Below, in pieces: positions 35,859 to 48,424 of a stretch of DNA of 64,000 bases. Source of the stretch: Eledone cirrhosa (lineage: Eukaryota). Numbering within the stretch: position 1 is the first letter of the stretch; every line of letters begins with the position of its first letter. The notes below the pieces were generated by a model. The model saw only the letters and a list, made by a program, of their open reading frames with translations. It was not told where the DNA came from and searched no databases. A program made the translations under genes and the position numbers. The DNA is taken from assembly GCA_964016885.1 (NCBI GenBank), contig OZ024742.1:146258001-146322000 (forward strand), read 5' to 3'.

Positions 35859-36797
35859 GAGAAGAAGACACACATGGTGGATAGAGTGTTATGGAATTGC
35901 TCCCGTATGTTTTTGATTTTTAACATATTTAAAAGAATTGTGATATAACAATTCTTAGTACAAATGGGACATAAGGCACCAGTCTTAGCTCTCAGGAAAT
36001 GAAAACCCATAACCCTCGCATATGGTTCAAATATTTAATTTTGTATTAGAAATTTTATATTCAAAAAAGAAAATGGTTATAAATGGAAGAAAACCCCCCT
36101 CTGTCTACACTAAATAGAACAGCCAAATAACGACAATTTCACCACCACAACCTAAATACACCACCTAACCCCCCCCCCCTCTGTGCACACTAAATACAAA
36201 AATATAAATACTAAATACAACAGCCAAATAACGGCAATTTCAACACCACCAATCCCAGCATAATAATAATAATTAATATTATTGTATCTCAAGTTTTCTC
36301 AAAATGTTTAATTCAAATATTAAAGAAATTTGTCAACATGTATATTAAACATAGGTGACAAACCGCATAGATATACAAAAAGTCCAAACAAACAAAATAC
36401 AGTAATAACTACTATAGTAACTACAGCAGTAGCTACAAAATTTAGCCAGACAAACGCCATCACTACAGGACCACTATCCCATCACCGCTGCCACCACTCT
36501 ATCATTGCTACCACCAATATTCCCCCACTACCTTCTGTTAACTTAAGAAAGGGGAAGATGGCAGTAACACTAGACAAGGGAGAGGCTAACAAAAGATATA
36601 TTGACTCGGTCAAAATATTGACTCGGTCAAAAGTTAACGGCCATGGCAATGAAGTTCCCCACCAACAATAGAAAAAGTCCCAGCACCACCAGCATAGCCA
36701 ACAACAACAACAGAGGCAACTTCTACAAAAAGTATATTACATAGAGCTCACATTAAGGAACCACTCATGATAACAATTTAAAAAACAAAAAAAAAAC
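35859..36797 (+). other. Leader element X (non-coding or decayed, A-rich end) in front of Dong A
   Basis: Homologous to 40670-41516. Its first ~200 nt also resemble the Tx1 5' UTR. Confidence 0.6.
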
Positions 36798-39700
36798 CTG
36801 TGACCAAGTAATACTGGGATGGCAGCCGGCGGGTAATAGTCATGTCTCTAGGGGAGGACGACTCTTCTAGTCTTGGTTGACACTCATCCTAGGAGTGGTA
36901 ACACGAAATGATTACCCCTTGGTGGTTAAGGATAAAACGCAACAAAATAAAGCCAATGTCAAATGAAAAAATCTCATACCGGATCGGCCGTCACCTGGGT
37001 CAAAAAGGGCCGCGTCCCTCAGAGAGGAACCAGACTGGGGTTGAAAAATCAGTTAATGGTTCAAACCTTCCCATCAATCCGGAGCTGGAGACCTCCCATA
37101 ACCAAAATACTCCTACTGTTGGCCATCCATGCTCACCACCAAGAAATCCAAAGAAAAAGAGAGAAAAATGGTCAAGGGAAGACAATAAAGAAGTCCTTGA
37201 GGCTTTCTACACTGTGATGTACTACCCATCAAATAGATCGAATACAGAACAGACGTATATCAACTGGAAAAAGAAACTAGCCAATATATGAAGAAATATT
37301 GTTAAGAAAAAGTTACTAACTAATATAGAAATTGATCAGATCAAGCAATTAGCACAAAGTCAGCGAAGGGAAAATGAAGCATGTGTCAGTGAAAACGAAG
37401 TAAATTGTAACACTGCAAATTCCAGGGTTGGGGCGGAATCACTGACATCAGAACAAATTAAAGAAAGGATCAAAAAAGTGGAAGGAGTGCATGCTCAAGA
37501 TGAAACTCAAAATGAAAACAATGAGATCGTCAATGATAAAGAAATGAATGAGAATGAACTCGTCAACTTGAAGAATGAAATTATGATCAAATGGATGAAA
37601 ATGAAAAAATCTGACATGGGGAACGAGACACTCTCCCTAAGATCCAGAACTCCAGACAAAAACAAAGGATAATATACAAGACTAACATAACTCTCAAAAA
37701 CATTATCATCACAAATAAACTAAACATTACTAATCTAAATCATCTCTATTATGCATCGACTAAAGTCACCACTCACTTATGTGGAGTGAAAATGAAAAAA
37801 CAAAGGAATTCCTACAAAAAACCTACTTGGCAAGAGAACATCAATCGCCAAATAAACCTTCTCCGATCTGATATAGAAATTTTATCAAACTACAAAGTAG
37901 GTGAACATATTAAACTAACTAAACTTAGAAAATTGAAAAGAAAATACAATATAAAATCAACAAGTGACATAGACATGCTGATAGAAATAATCAAGCAAAA
38001 AGTGTCAGCTTAAGCTGCTCATATAAGGCACTTTGAAAAACGATCTAGATTCTATAAAACTTCTACAGAAAAATTGGTAAGTCAACAATAACTGCTAAAT
38101 CAATACCACCCAAGGAGGAAGTGCAAGCATTCTGGGAAAAGATCTAGGCCAAAGAAAAAGTTCATAATATACATGCCCCATGGATAGACAGACAAATGAA
38201 AGATACAGCTCACCTTGAGGAACAAACATGGGAAAATATAACAGTTGAACATCTGCGTTTAGCTCTTAGAAAATCCAGCAAATGGAAATCTGCAGGGAAA
38301 GACAAACTACCAAATTTTTGGATAAATGCCTTCACAGAGTCTCATGAGCTGTTAGACCAACTTTACAATGAAATGGTTAAGGAGCCAGAAAAGATACCAT
38401 CATGGCTAGTTAACAGCATTACATTCCTGCTACCGAAGAATGATGAGACAAACAATCCACAAAATTACAGACCGATAACTTGCTTGACCACAATGTATAA
38501 AATGTTAACATCAGTCCTTACTGAATATACATATGATCACCTGATAACAAATGATCTATTTCCCAATGAGCAGAAAGGGTGTAAACGAGGCTGATATGGC
38601 TGTAAGGATCAGCTTTTGGTTAACAAAATGATACTGGAAGATTGTCATAATAGACACAAAAATCTATCAATTGCTTGGATAGATTACAAAAAAGCATTCA
38701 ATAGTTTGCCACACAGTTGGACTGAAAAGTGTTTAGAGATTTTCAAAATATCTCACGTTGTCAGGAAGTTCCTGTCATTTAGTATGAAGACATGGAAAAC
38801 GACACTCTTTTTGAATAGTGAAAAGAAATCACTGGAAGCTGTAGAAGTTAATATTAATTGTGGAATTTTTCAGGGTGACTCTTTATCACCGCTGTTATTC
38901 TGCATCGCACTTATACCATTAAGTAAGATGCTCAATGAAACAAAACATGGATATAAAGTCTATGACAAAACCATTAATCACTTGTTCTACATGGATGATG
39001 TGAAACTATTTGCAAAAAGTGATGAACAATTGCAAGGGCTATTATCCACTGTGAAGCAGTTCAGTGATGATATTAAAATGGAGTTTGGACAAGATAAATG
39101 TGCCAAAGCAACATTCACCAGAGGAAAGCTGCTGAAAAGTTCAGACATTAATCTTGATTGGGGGAATGTGATAAGAGAACTTGATCAAGAGGAAACTTAC
39201 AAATATCTAGGTGTTTGTGAAGGAGACAGAATCAAGCACTCGACAATGAGGGCAAGAATAAGAAAGGAATGTTACTGCAGAGTAAGAGCGATCTTAAGAA
39301 TAGAATTGAATGCAAGGAATAGGATTGATGCCATAAACACGCTTGCCATACCAGTAATAACCTACAGTTTCAATGTCATCAACTGGTCAAGCACAGAGAT
39401 CCGTAGGCTCGATACAAAAATTCGAAAATTCTTAACCATGCATAGAATGCATCACCCTAAGGCAGATACAGATAGAATATATCTAGGAAAGAAGGAGGAC
39501 ATGGATTAATCCAGTTAGATATTGCCTTAAAAATTGCAACAATTGGATTATCTACATATCTAAAGGAATCACATGATTGGATGATCAAACTCGTTTTGAA
39601 ACACGAAAGCATCAAAAGATGCACAAAGATACAGTAATGGACTACAAATTTCAGAAGTTCCATTTACTGCTGAAATGGAAAACACAGAAAAAGCAAAGCA

Positions 39701-40620
39701 GGTAAAAGTAACTGCAAAGAAAGAACTGCTACAGAAACTGGCTAAGAAATGGCAAGAAAAGCCTCTGTATGGAAAATACCCAGAAAGAGCTAACAATCCT
39801 GATGTTGACAAACTTTAAACCATCAGTAGTTGGCATCCTCTGGACTGAAATCGGAGACTGAAGGACTGATTATATTAGCACGAGATCAGTGTCTGCCAAC
39901 AAAAAATTACCAAGCCAACATAATAAAAAATGGATGCAACCCATTATGCCATGTATGTAAAAAAACAACCAGAGACCATTGATCATATAATTTCAATCTG
40001 CAGTCCTATAGCTCCAACCGAATACCTAAACAGGCATGACAGAGCTGCACAATACATACATTGGATAATGTGTAAGCGTTTTGACCTGCCCCATCAAAAG
40101 AATTGAAAAAGATCACATTTCAATCTTGTGGAACTTTAGCATCCAAACAGACCGAAAAATAGATGCAAATAGACCTGATATAATACTGAAGGACTTTAAA
40201 AAGAGGGTATGCTTGCTAATTGATATGTCTGTTCCAATAGACAAGAATGTATCTATAAAAACATTTGAAAAATTGAGCAAGTATAAAGACCTGGAGATAG
40301 AAACTGAAAAATGTGGAAATTGAGAACTAAAACAATACCAGTGGTTGTAGGCGCTCTGGGAATGATACCTAAGGGGTCTAATGATTACTTATCCTAAATC
40401 CCAGGAAATAGAAGAAATACAAAAGATAGTACTAATGGGAGCTGCCCATATACTAAGGAAGATTCTGTCAATATAAATACATCACAAGTCTAAACACCTA
40501 AAGATGCATGTGTGTGTATGTATGTTCTTTCTTGAACATGGCGGACCTTGTTGTCTCTTGATGTCACTGGTTGTGATTTGGTGATAACTTGTATGAACAT
40601 AAAGCAAGATAAATACAACT

Positions 40621-40670
<50 letters not shown>
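36798..40670 (+). mobile_element. Near full-length R4/Dong-clade LINE, family A, with disrupted ORF (~36956-40476)
   Basis: [51 protein letters not shown]; CCHC CHVC..ETIDHII..C; RHD and RPD..D..K RLE motifs; (TAA)n tail. Multiple stops and frameshifts. Confidence 0.94.
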
Positions 40671-40671
<1 letters not shown>

Positions 40672-41516
40672 GGGAAGATACGCACATGGTGGATAGAGTG
40701 TTATGGAATCGCTCCCGTGAGTTTTTGATTTTTTACATATTTAAAACAATTGTGATAGAATAATTCTTATTACAAATGGAACATAAGATACCAGTTTTAA
40801 CTCTCAGGAAGTGACAACGCATCACATTATGGCATAGGGCTCCAATATTTAATATTTTATTTTGTTTCAGAAATATTTTATTTATCAGAAATTTTATAGT
40901 CAAAAAAGAAAATGGTTACAAACAACAGCCAAATCATTTCACCACCAACACCATCACCGCCGCTGCCACCATCACCACTACCAGAAACAAAATACAAACC
41001 AAAGGCTGCAGCAACACCATCACTATAGTACTACTATCCCATCATCACTGCCACTACTGCATCATCGCTACCACCACTATTCCCTCACTACCTCCTGTTA
41101 AGAGAGGGATGGTAGTAGTGTCACTACACATGAATAAGCGAGGAAGGCATCACAAGATATAAATAGACTGATTCAGTGACCCGGTCAAATAACAACAACA
41201 CCAAAATAATTATTGTTGTTGTATCTCTAAACTCTCTCAAAATGTTTAGTTTAAACGATGTCAAATCTAAACTATAATATAATAATAATAATAAGCAACA
41301 AGTCAAAAGATTATAGAACAGAACACAGACAAAAAAATATCCAACAACAAAAACAAATTTCAAAAGTTTTGAACGCAACAGCCCCTACTTTCCACGTAGC
41401 TAAAATCAAAAACAGCAGCAGCAGCAGCAGCAGCAACAACAACATTAGTAACCGATGTTACTGGCCTTGAAAAACGAAAAACGTAAAGGAAAAAAAAAAA
41501 AAAAAAAAAAAAAAAC
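40670..41516 (+). other. Leader element X' ending in poly(A), in front of Dong B
   Basis: Homologous to 35859-36797 with two internal blocks in swapped order. A-run at ~41490-41516. Confidence 0.6.
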
Positions 41517-41599
41517 TAAGTCTGACATTCAAACATTACAATGAAACTTATGTTTATTTTTTAAAGTTTTTATCTATTTAACTATTTATTTGTTTATTT

Positions 41600-44500
41600 A
41601 TTTATGTTCGCCTACAGCGTGATGGTGCTATGCTAAAATCACCGGGAGTGATGAAATCACCGGTGGTTATGTAACCATACATTCACCAATCCTCGATATG
41701 AGTGTTTAAATGTCGAACCTAAACAGTTCGAATAACTGTGAATAGGAGACTGGAACGTCATGTGACAGACTCTCACCCAGCAAGTTCCCCCTGGCCCAGC
41801 AGCAGGGACCTGGCTGTCATCCAAATACTGCTGGTGTTGGAGGAAGAAGAAGAAGGAAAGGGACAAGAACCAACAGGACGAAAGAATTGTATAGAACTGT
41901 CATGGAATGTTACCTGAAGAGTAACCCCAAGGAAAAAGGCTATAGGAAACGGATGCATAACATCTGGAACGAGATTGGTCTATTTAAATTAGATGAACAA
42001 AAATTGGCCGGGCAGGCTCGGATAATAAGAACTAATGGATGGATAAGCGAGTTGGAACTGGAGGAACTGAGCAGAGAGATTAGGTTGGAAATGGAGAGTG
42101 GGGTATGCCAGGCAAACGAGCCAGTGGGAAATGAAGGTGAAGAGGTTGAGAGACCTGAGGAAGCATCCGAAGCAGACAATAATCTGAATGCTGAAATAAA
42201 TAACATCTGGAACAAAGATACGGCCATTGAGGAAATGAATGCTGACGGGCTAGGACAAGATTTGGTTGATATCCTAAACTTAGTGGTAGATGAAATGAAC
42301 AATGATTGTGGGAAACCTATGAACCTAAGATTTGTAGACAGGAAAAAGTTAAAAGAAACAACAGCTAAGGTAAACAAAGTCATCCCATACCTTGAGGTGA
42401 GGAACCTTCACCAATGCAACAATATCCTCAAAGCAACAGCAAATGCGGTGAGGAAATTACTTGGCATAAAGACGAGAGGAAACAGCAAACAAGAAAGATC
42501 AGAACCTTGGTGGATGAAACGACTGAATGGTCAAATCAAGGAAATGAGAAATGACATTGGAAAGCTTGAGTCCCTACTGAATGGGACATTACAAAACATA
42601 GTCACTAAAAATAGACTGGAAATAAAGTACAAAACTAGGAGGAAAAAGCTAAATATCATCATAGAGGAACTGGCAGTATGAGAACAGAGTCAGTCAGTAT
42701 AGAAAGAACCGCATGTTTGACAACAACCAGAAGATGTTGTTTGGACAGCTTGAAGGGAAAGAAAGAGGCAACGACTTGATCCCTGAGGCAGAACAGACTA
42801 AGACATTCTGGAGAGGAATGTGGGAGCAAGATGTTGAATATAATGATCAGGCAGTGTGGATTGAGACAGTACAAAAGGAGATTAGTGAACAAGCACACCA
42901 ACAAACTGATTTGAGTATCACAGTTGAAACTCTTAAAGGGCAGGCCAAAAAACTAACAAACTGGAAATCACCAGGCCCAGATGGTGTGCAGGGGTATTGG
43001 ATCAAAAATATAACATCCCTCCACCCGAATCTGACGACCATGTTCAATGACTGCTTGATGTCGGGTGAGGTACCAGAGTGGTTGACAAAAGGTACCACAG
43101 TTCTGGTAATGAAAGACCGAATCAAGGGTAATGATCTTACCAACTATAGATCTATTACGTCTGTCCGTAATGTGGAAACTGTTAACAAGCATTGTGTCTG
43201 AGAAAATCTACCATCACCTCCACATAAACAATTTGTTACCGGACGAACAGAAAGGATGCCGAAAGAAGTCCCGTGGTAAAAAAGACCAGTTACTTATTGA
43301 TAAAATGGTAATGAGGAATTGCAAGAGGAGATACACTGGTCTTGCCATGGGATGGATAGATTACAAAAAGGCATTTGACATGGTACCTCATTCTTGGATA
43401 ACCAAAAGCCTAGAGATCTTCAAGGTGGCAGATAACATCAGACAGTTGTTGAGCAAAAGTATGAAGTCCTGGGAAACAGAGTTAACATCGGGTGGAGAAT
43501 CCTTGGGAGGCGTGAATATCAAGAGAGGTATCTTCCAGGGAGATAGTTTGTATCCTCTGTTGTTTGTGAGAGCAGGATACAAGTTGGGAAAAGGAGAGCT
43601 TACCATCAACCAACTCCGCTTCATGGACGATCTTAAACTCTTTGGGAAGAGTGAGAAGCAGTTGGATGTACTTGTTGACACTGTCCGTATTTTCAGCAAT
43701 GATATATGTATGCAATTTGGTATTAGTAAGTGTGGAGTCCTAGTGATGAAGAGGGGGTAAATTGAGCAGAAGCAACGGAATCCAGGTACCAACAGGTGAG
43801 ATGATAAAGGAAATTGACACTGAAGAAGGATACAAATATTTAGGTGTTCTGGAGGCAGATGACATAAAAAAAAAAAAATGAAGGAATTGATAAGATCTGA
43901 GTACATTAGGAGAGTAAGGAGCATCTAAATAGTAGGAATGTCATAAGTGCAGTGAATTCCTGAGCTGTGTCTATTATTAGGTACAGTGTGGGAATTCTGA
44001 AATGGAATGTTGCTGAACAAAAAGAAATGGATAGGAAGACTAGGAAGCTATTGACTATCTACAACATGTTCCACAAGAGTAGTGATGTCGATAGACTCTA
44101 CTTAAAGATATCTGAAGGTGGAAGAGGTCTTATCAGCATAGAGGACTGTGTTCAGATGGAGAAAAACAACCTGCACAAATACGTGACTGACAGTAGGGAG
44201 CCAATGCTCAGAATTGGACGGAAGGAGAGGACAATAGACCAGGGGATGTCCAAGGAGGAAATAACAACAAGGAGGAAGAGCAACCTTCATGAAAAATCCC
44301 TTCATAGTACCTTCTATGAGAAAACGGAATTTAGAGATCACAGACATGGAACTGATTAAAAAGAGGAGACCTTAAAACACTACAGAAGGAATGTGCAGGA
44401 GCAGGCCCTCAGAACGAAGTGGGTGAAACACCATATTTACAAGGAGGAGGCTAGCCCTCTGTATAGGATCTGTGGAGAGAGAGAGAGGAGACTGTGGCTC

Positions 44501-45110
44501 ACATTGTATCCGAGTGTAAAGACCTAGCCCAGACTCACTATAAAGGATGGAGACATGATGTGATGGGCAGGGTGATCCACTGGCACCTATGCAAAGTAAA
44601 CAATTTACCACATTCTGAGAAGTGGTATGAGCATAAGCCAGAGTCGGTGAAGGTGCTATGGGATTTTAGGATACAGACGGATAAGAAACTGGAACACAAT
44701 AGACCTGACCTGGTGGTTTTGGACAAGGGAAAAAGATCGTGCCTGATTGTGGATGTAGCCTGCCCCTTTGACACGAGAGTGCAAGAAAAGGGGAGGGAGA
44801 AAATTAACCGATACCAGGACTTAAAGTGGTAGGTAAAAAGGATTTGGAACTGCCATGAGGTCAAAGTGGTCCCGATTGTCATAGGCGCACTAGGTACTAT
44901 CTCAAAGAGTTTCCAAGGATGGTTAAAGAAAATTGGTCCCGCCCTGCTTTTTGCAACACTTCAAAAGGCATGCTTGCTGGGAACAGCAAGAACCCCCCGA
45001 TATGTCCTGAATATCTGAGGCTGGAGGTAGTGGCTTGATATTCATTCCAACAAACTTTCCAGTTAAATAACATCAATGACGGAGACTCAAAGAACAATAA
45101 TAATAAATAG
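41600..45110 (+). mobile_element. Near full-length R4/Dong-clade LINE, family B, with disrupted ORF (~41800-45018)
   Basis: [73 protein letters not shown]; short (TAA)n tail. The 5' boundary is approximate. Confidence 0.93.
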
Positions 45111-45409
45111 GGAACAAAGAATCAGTATTGCATCATATACATATTTAATTGCATATTACCTATGTTTCACTGCCGATCAGCTTGAGGGACGATCAAGTTA
45201 TGTTTATAATATATATATATATATGTAGCTACATATATATAGGTCTCTGATTTAGCTACATATATATAGGTTTCTGATTTAGCTACATATATATAGGTTT
45301 CTGATTTAGTGATCTTAGTAGTCTACAAACGAAGAAGAACTCAATATTTATAACAGAGTAAATATGCATCGCATCAGAGGCTTTTGGCGTGTTTTAATGA
45401 GAGGGTTTT

Positions 45410-45730
45410 TGGCTTAGTGGTTAGAGCATTGTGCTTGCAATCATGAGGTTGTGAGTTTGATTCTTAGACTGGATGATGCATTGCGTCCTTGAACAAGACA
45501 CTTTATTTCACGTTGCTCCAGTTTACTCAGCTGGAGAAAGGATTTGCGACGTCACTTGTGCCTTTCCCTTGGACAACACCAGTGGTGTGGAGAGGGGAGA
45601 CTGGTATGCATGGGTGACTGCTGGTATTCTATAAACAACCTTGTCTGAGTTTGTGCCTTGGTGAGAGAACTTTCTAGGAGCAAATCCCATGGTCATTCAT
45701 GACCGAAAGGGGTCTTTACTCTTACCCTAG
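45410..45730 (+). mobile_element. CORE-type SINE
   Basis: TGGCTTAGTGGTTAGAGC, B box and CORE domain; homologous to 27740-28080. Confidence 0.85.
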
Positions 45731-46344
45731 CCTTATCATGTTGTTGTTGTCACAGTGCACACCTATGTCATTTTGCCTGGCCTCATATAAAGTTGTATTA
45801 CATAAGAGGCTTCTTTGATGTTTTAATAGTAAGGGCCCTATTCTTATCATGTTATTGTTAAAGCTCACACATATATAGGTTTAGCTGACTTCATTCCACT
45901 ACACTACACAACATCACAACATACTATACAATACTACATTACACTACACAACACTGATCTCATAGGAGGATTCTTGTGTGTTTTAAGGAAAATGCACTCA
46001 GTCCTATCAGGTTATTGTTATAGCTCACACTTATTACAGGCATTAACCCATGCAGTGTTTAACCCTTGCAGGAGTTAACCTACAGCTGCTGCTGTTACAT
46101 ATTTTTTCCCAGTTGAATGCTTTGGGGCCACATGAAATAAAACATCTTGCTCAAGAAGACAACGTGCTGCACGATCCAGGAATTCTCATGATTTTTATGA
46201 TTATAAGTCCAACACCTTAACCACTAGGGATAGGTCTAATCTATGGACTGAAGATGATAAAAATCATTATCTTCAACACTTAGATTATAGTTAATGTACT
46301 TAAATATATAACAAAGAGCTAATTGTTCTCCTGAATCCGGGGTC

Positions 46345-46705
46345 TATAACATCAATAACACCAATAACAACAACAACACACACAGCAGCAGCAACAACAG
46401 CAAAAACACAGACAGCAGCAGCAGCAACAATAACAGCAACAATAACAATAACAACAACAATAACAACAACAAAAACAACACAGACAGCAGCAGCAACAAT
46501 AACAACAACAATAACAATAACAACAACAATAACAACAACAAAAACAACACAGACAGCAGCAGCAACAATAACAACAACAATAACAACAACAAAAACAACA
46601 CAGACAGCAGCAGCAACACTAACAACAACAATAACAATAACAACAACAAAAACAACACAGACAGCAGCAGCAGCAACAACAACAACCACCCCAACGACAT
46701 CAGCA
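46345..46705. repeat. Compound (CAA)/(CAG)/(TAA) repeat with higher-order units
   Basis: Recurring AAAAACAACACAGACAGCAGCAGCAACAATAAC. Confidence 0.9.
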
Positions 46706-46955
46706 ATAGAAAGTTTGGCAAGGCTCCTATATCAATGTGTGACTAAAGACATCTTATGAATGAAACAATATAAATTAGTAATATGAGAATATGAGAATGC
46801 TCAAATAAATTGGTATTTTGAGAGAGAAACTAATTATATTACATTGTACTACATTATATTACACTATAACATACTACTCTATACAACACTAGACTACATT
46901 AGAGTAAACCAGGTACACTTCGCAACACTTCACTACGCTACACTGCACCATACTT

Positions 46956-47863
46956 AACTGACACTCCGTCGGTTACAATGATGAGTGTTCCAATCAATGA
47001 AACAGCCTACTCGTGAAATTAACATGCAAGTGGCTGAGCATTCCACAGACACACATACGCATGATGCAGTTCTCAGGGAGATTCAGCGTGACTACAATGA
47101 TGAGTGTTCCAATCAATGAAACAGCCTACTCGTGAAATTAACATGCAAGTGGCTGAGCATTCCACAGACACACATACGCATGATGCAGTTCTCAGGGAGA
47201 TTCAGCGTGACTACAATGATGAGTGTTCCAATCAATGAAACAGCCTACTCGTGAAATTAACATGCAAGTGGCTGAGCATTCCACAGACACACATACGCAT
47301 GATGCAGTTCTCAGGGAGATTCAGCGTGACTACAATGATGAGTGTTCCAATCAATGAAACAGCCTACTCGTGAAATTAACATGCAAGTGGCTGAGCATTC
47401 CACAGACACACATACGCATGATGCAGTTCTCAGGGAGATTCAGCGTGACTACAATGATGAGTGTTCCAATCAATGAAACAGCCTACTCGTGAAATTAACA
47501 TGCAAGTGGCTGAGCATTCCACAGACACACATACGCATGATGCAGTTCTCAGGGAGATTCAGCGTGACTACAATGATGAGTGTTCCAATCAATGAAACAG
47601 CCTACTCGTGAAATTAACATGCAAGTGGCTGAGCATTCCACAGACACACATACGCATGACGCAGTTCTCAGGGAGATTCAGCGTGACACAGAATGTGACA
47701 ATGCTGGCTCTTCGAATTGCAGGTACCACTCAGTTTTGCCAGCTGAGTGGACTAAAGCATGAAATGAAGTGTCTTGTTCAAGGTCACAATGTGCTGCCAG
47801 TAAATGCACTCACAACCTTATGATTATGAGCCAAATACCCTAACCACAAAGCCACATGCCTTC
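46956..47863 (-). mobile_element. CORE-type SINE expanded by an internal 6 x 119 bp tandem array, with 16 bp TSD
   Basis: TSD ACACTGCACCATACTT at 46940-46955 and 47864-47879. tRNA-like head at ~47790-47860. Confidence 0.9.
46974..47687. repeat. Six almost identical 119 bp tandem units
   Basis: GAGTGTTCC recurs at 46983, 47102, 47221, 47340, 47459 and 47578. Confidence 0.97.
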
Positions 47864-47879
47864 ACACTGCACCATACTT

Positions 47880-48365
47880 CATTATATTAAACTAGGTGAT
47901 ACTTCACTACACCATACAATACAACACAACATTACACTACACTATACTATATTACACTACACAACACTGCCCCATACTATACAATACTACATTACACTAC
48001 ACAACACTGCATCATACTATACTACACAACACTGCCCCATACTATATTACACTAAACTATATAATACTGCATTCCACTACACTACACAACATCACAACAT
48101 ACTATACAATACTACATTACAGTACACAACACTGCATCATACTATACTATACCACACTGCCCCATACTATATTACACTAAACTATACAATACTGCATTCC
48201 ACTACACTACACAACATCACAACATACTATACAATACTATATTACACTACACAACACTGCATCATACTATACTACACAACACTACACCGTACTAAACTAC
48301 ACAATACAACACCATACTCTACTGCACTACACTCACTACACCAGATGACACTGCACTAAACTACA
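47880..48365. repeat. Degenerate pentanucleotide (ACTAC/ATACT/ACAAC) satellite
   Basis: Directly visible. It continues on the other side of the SINE at 46835-46955. Confidence 0.9.
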
Positions 48366-48424
48366 TCAGGTCTCAATATTTCATCTAACTATTGTTTCAT
48401 AATATCCTTTGCCAAATTCTTTAT

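Noticed and set aside
35607-41516. LTR retrotransposon, with direct repeats around an RT
   Set aside because: The RT/RLE is R4-type non-LTR, there is no TG..CA, PBS or integrase, and the repeats are composite and unequally diverged.
46974-47687. CRISPR-like array
   Set aside because: The units are contiguous and identical with no unique spacers, they derive from a SINE, the context is eukaryotic and there are no cas genes.
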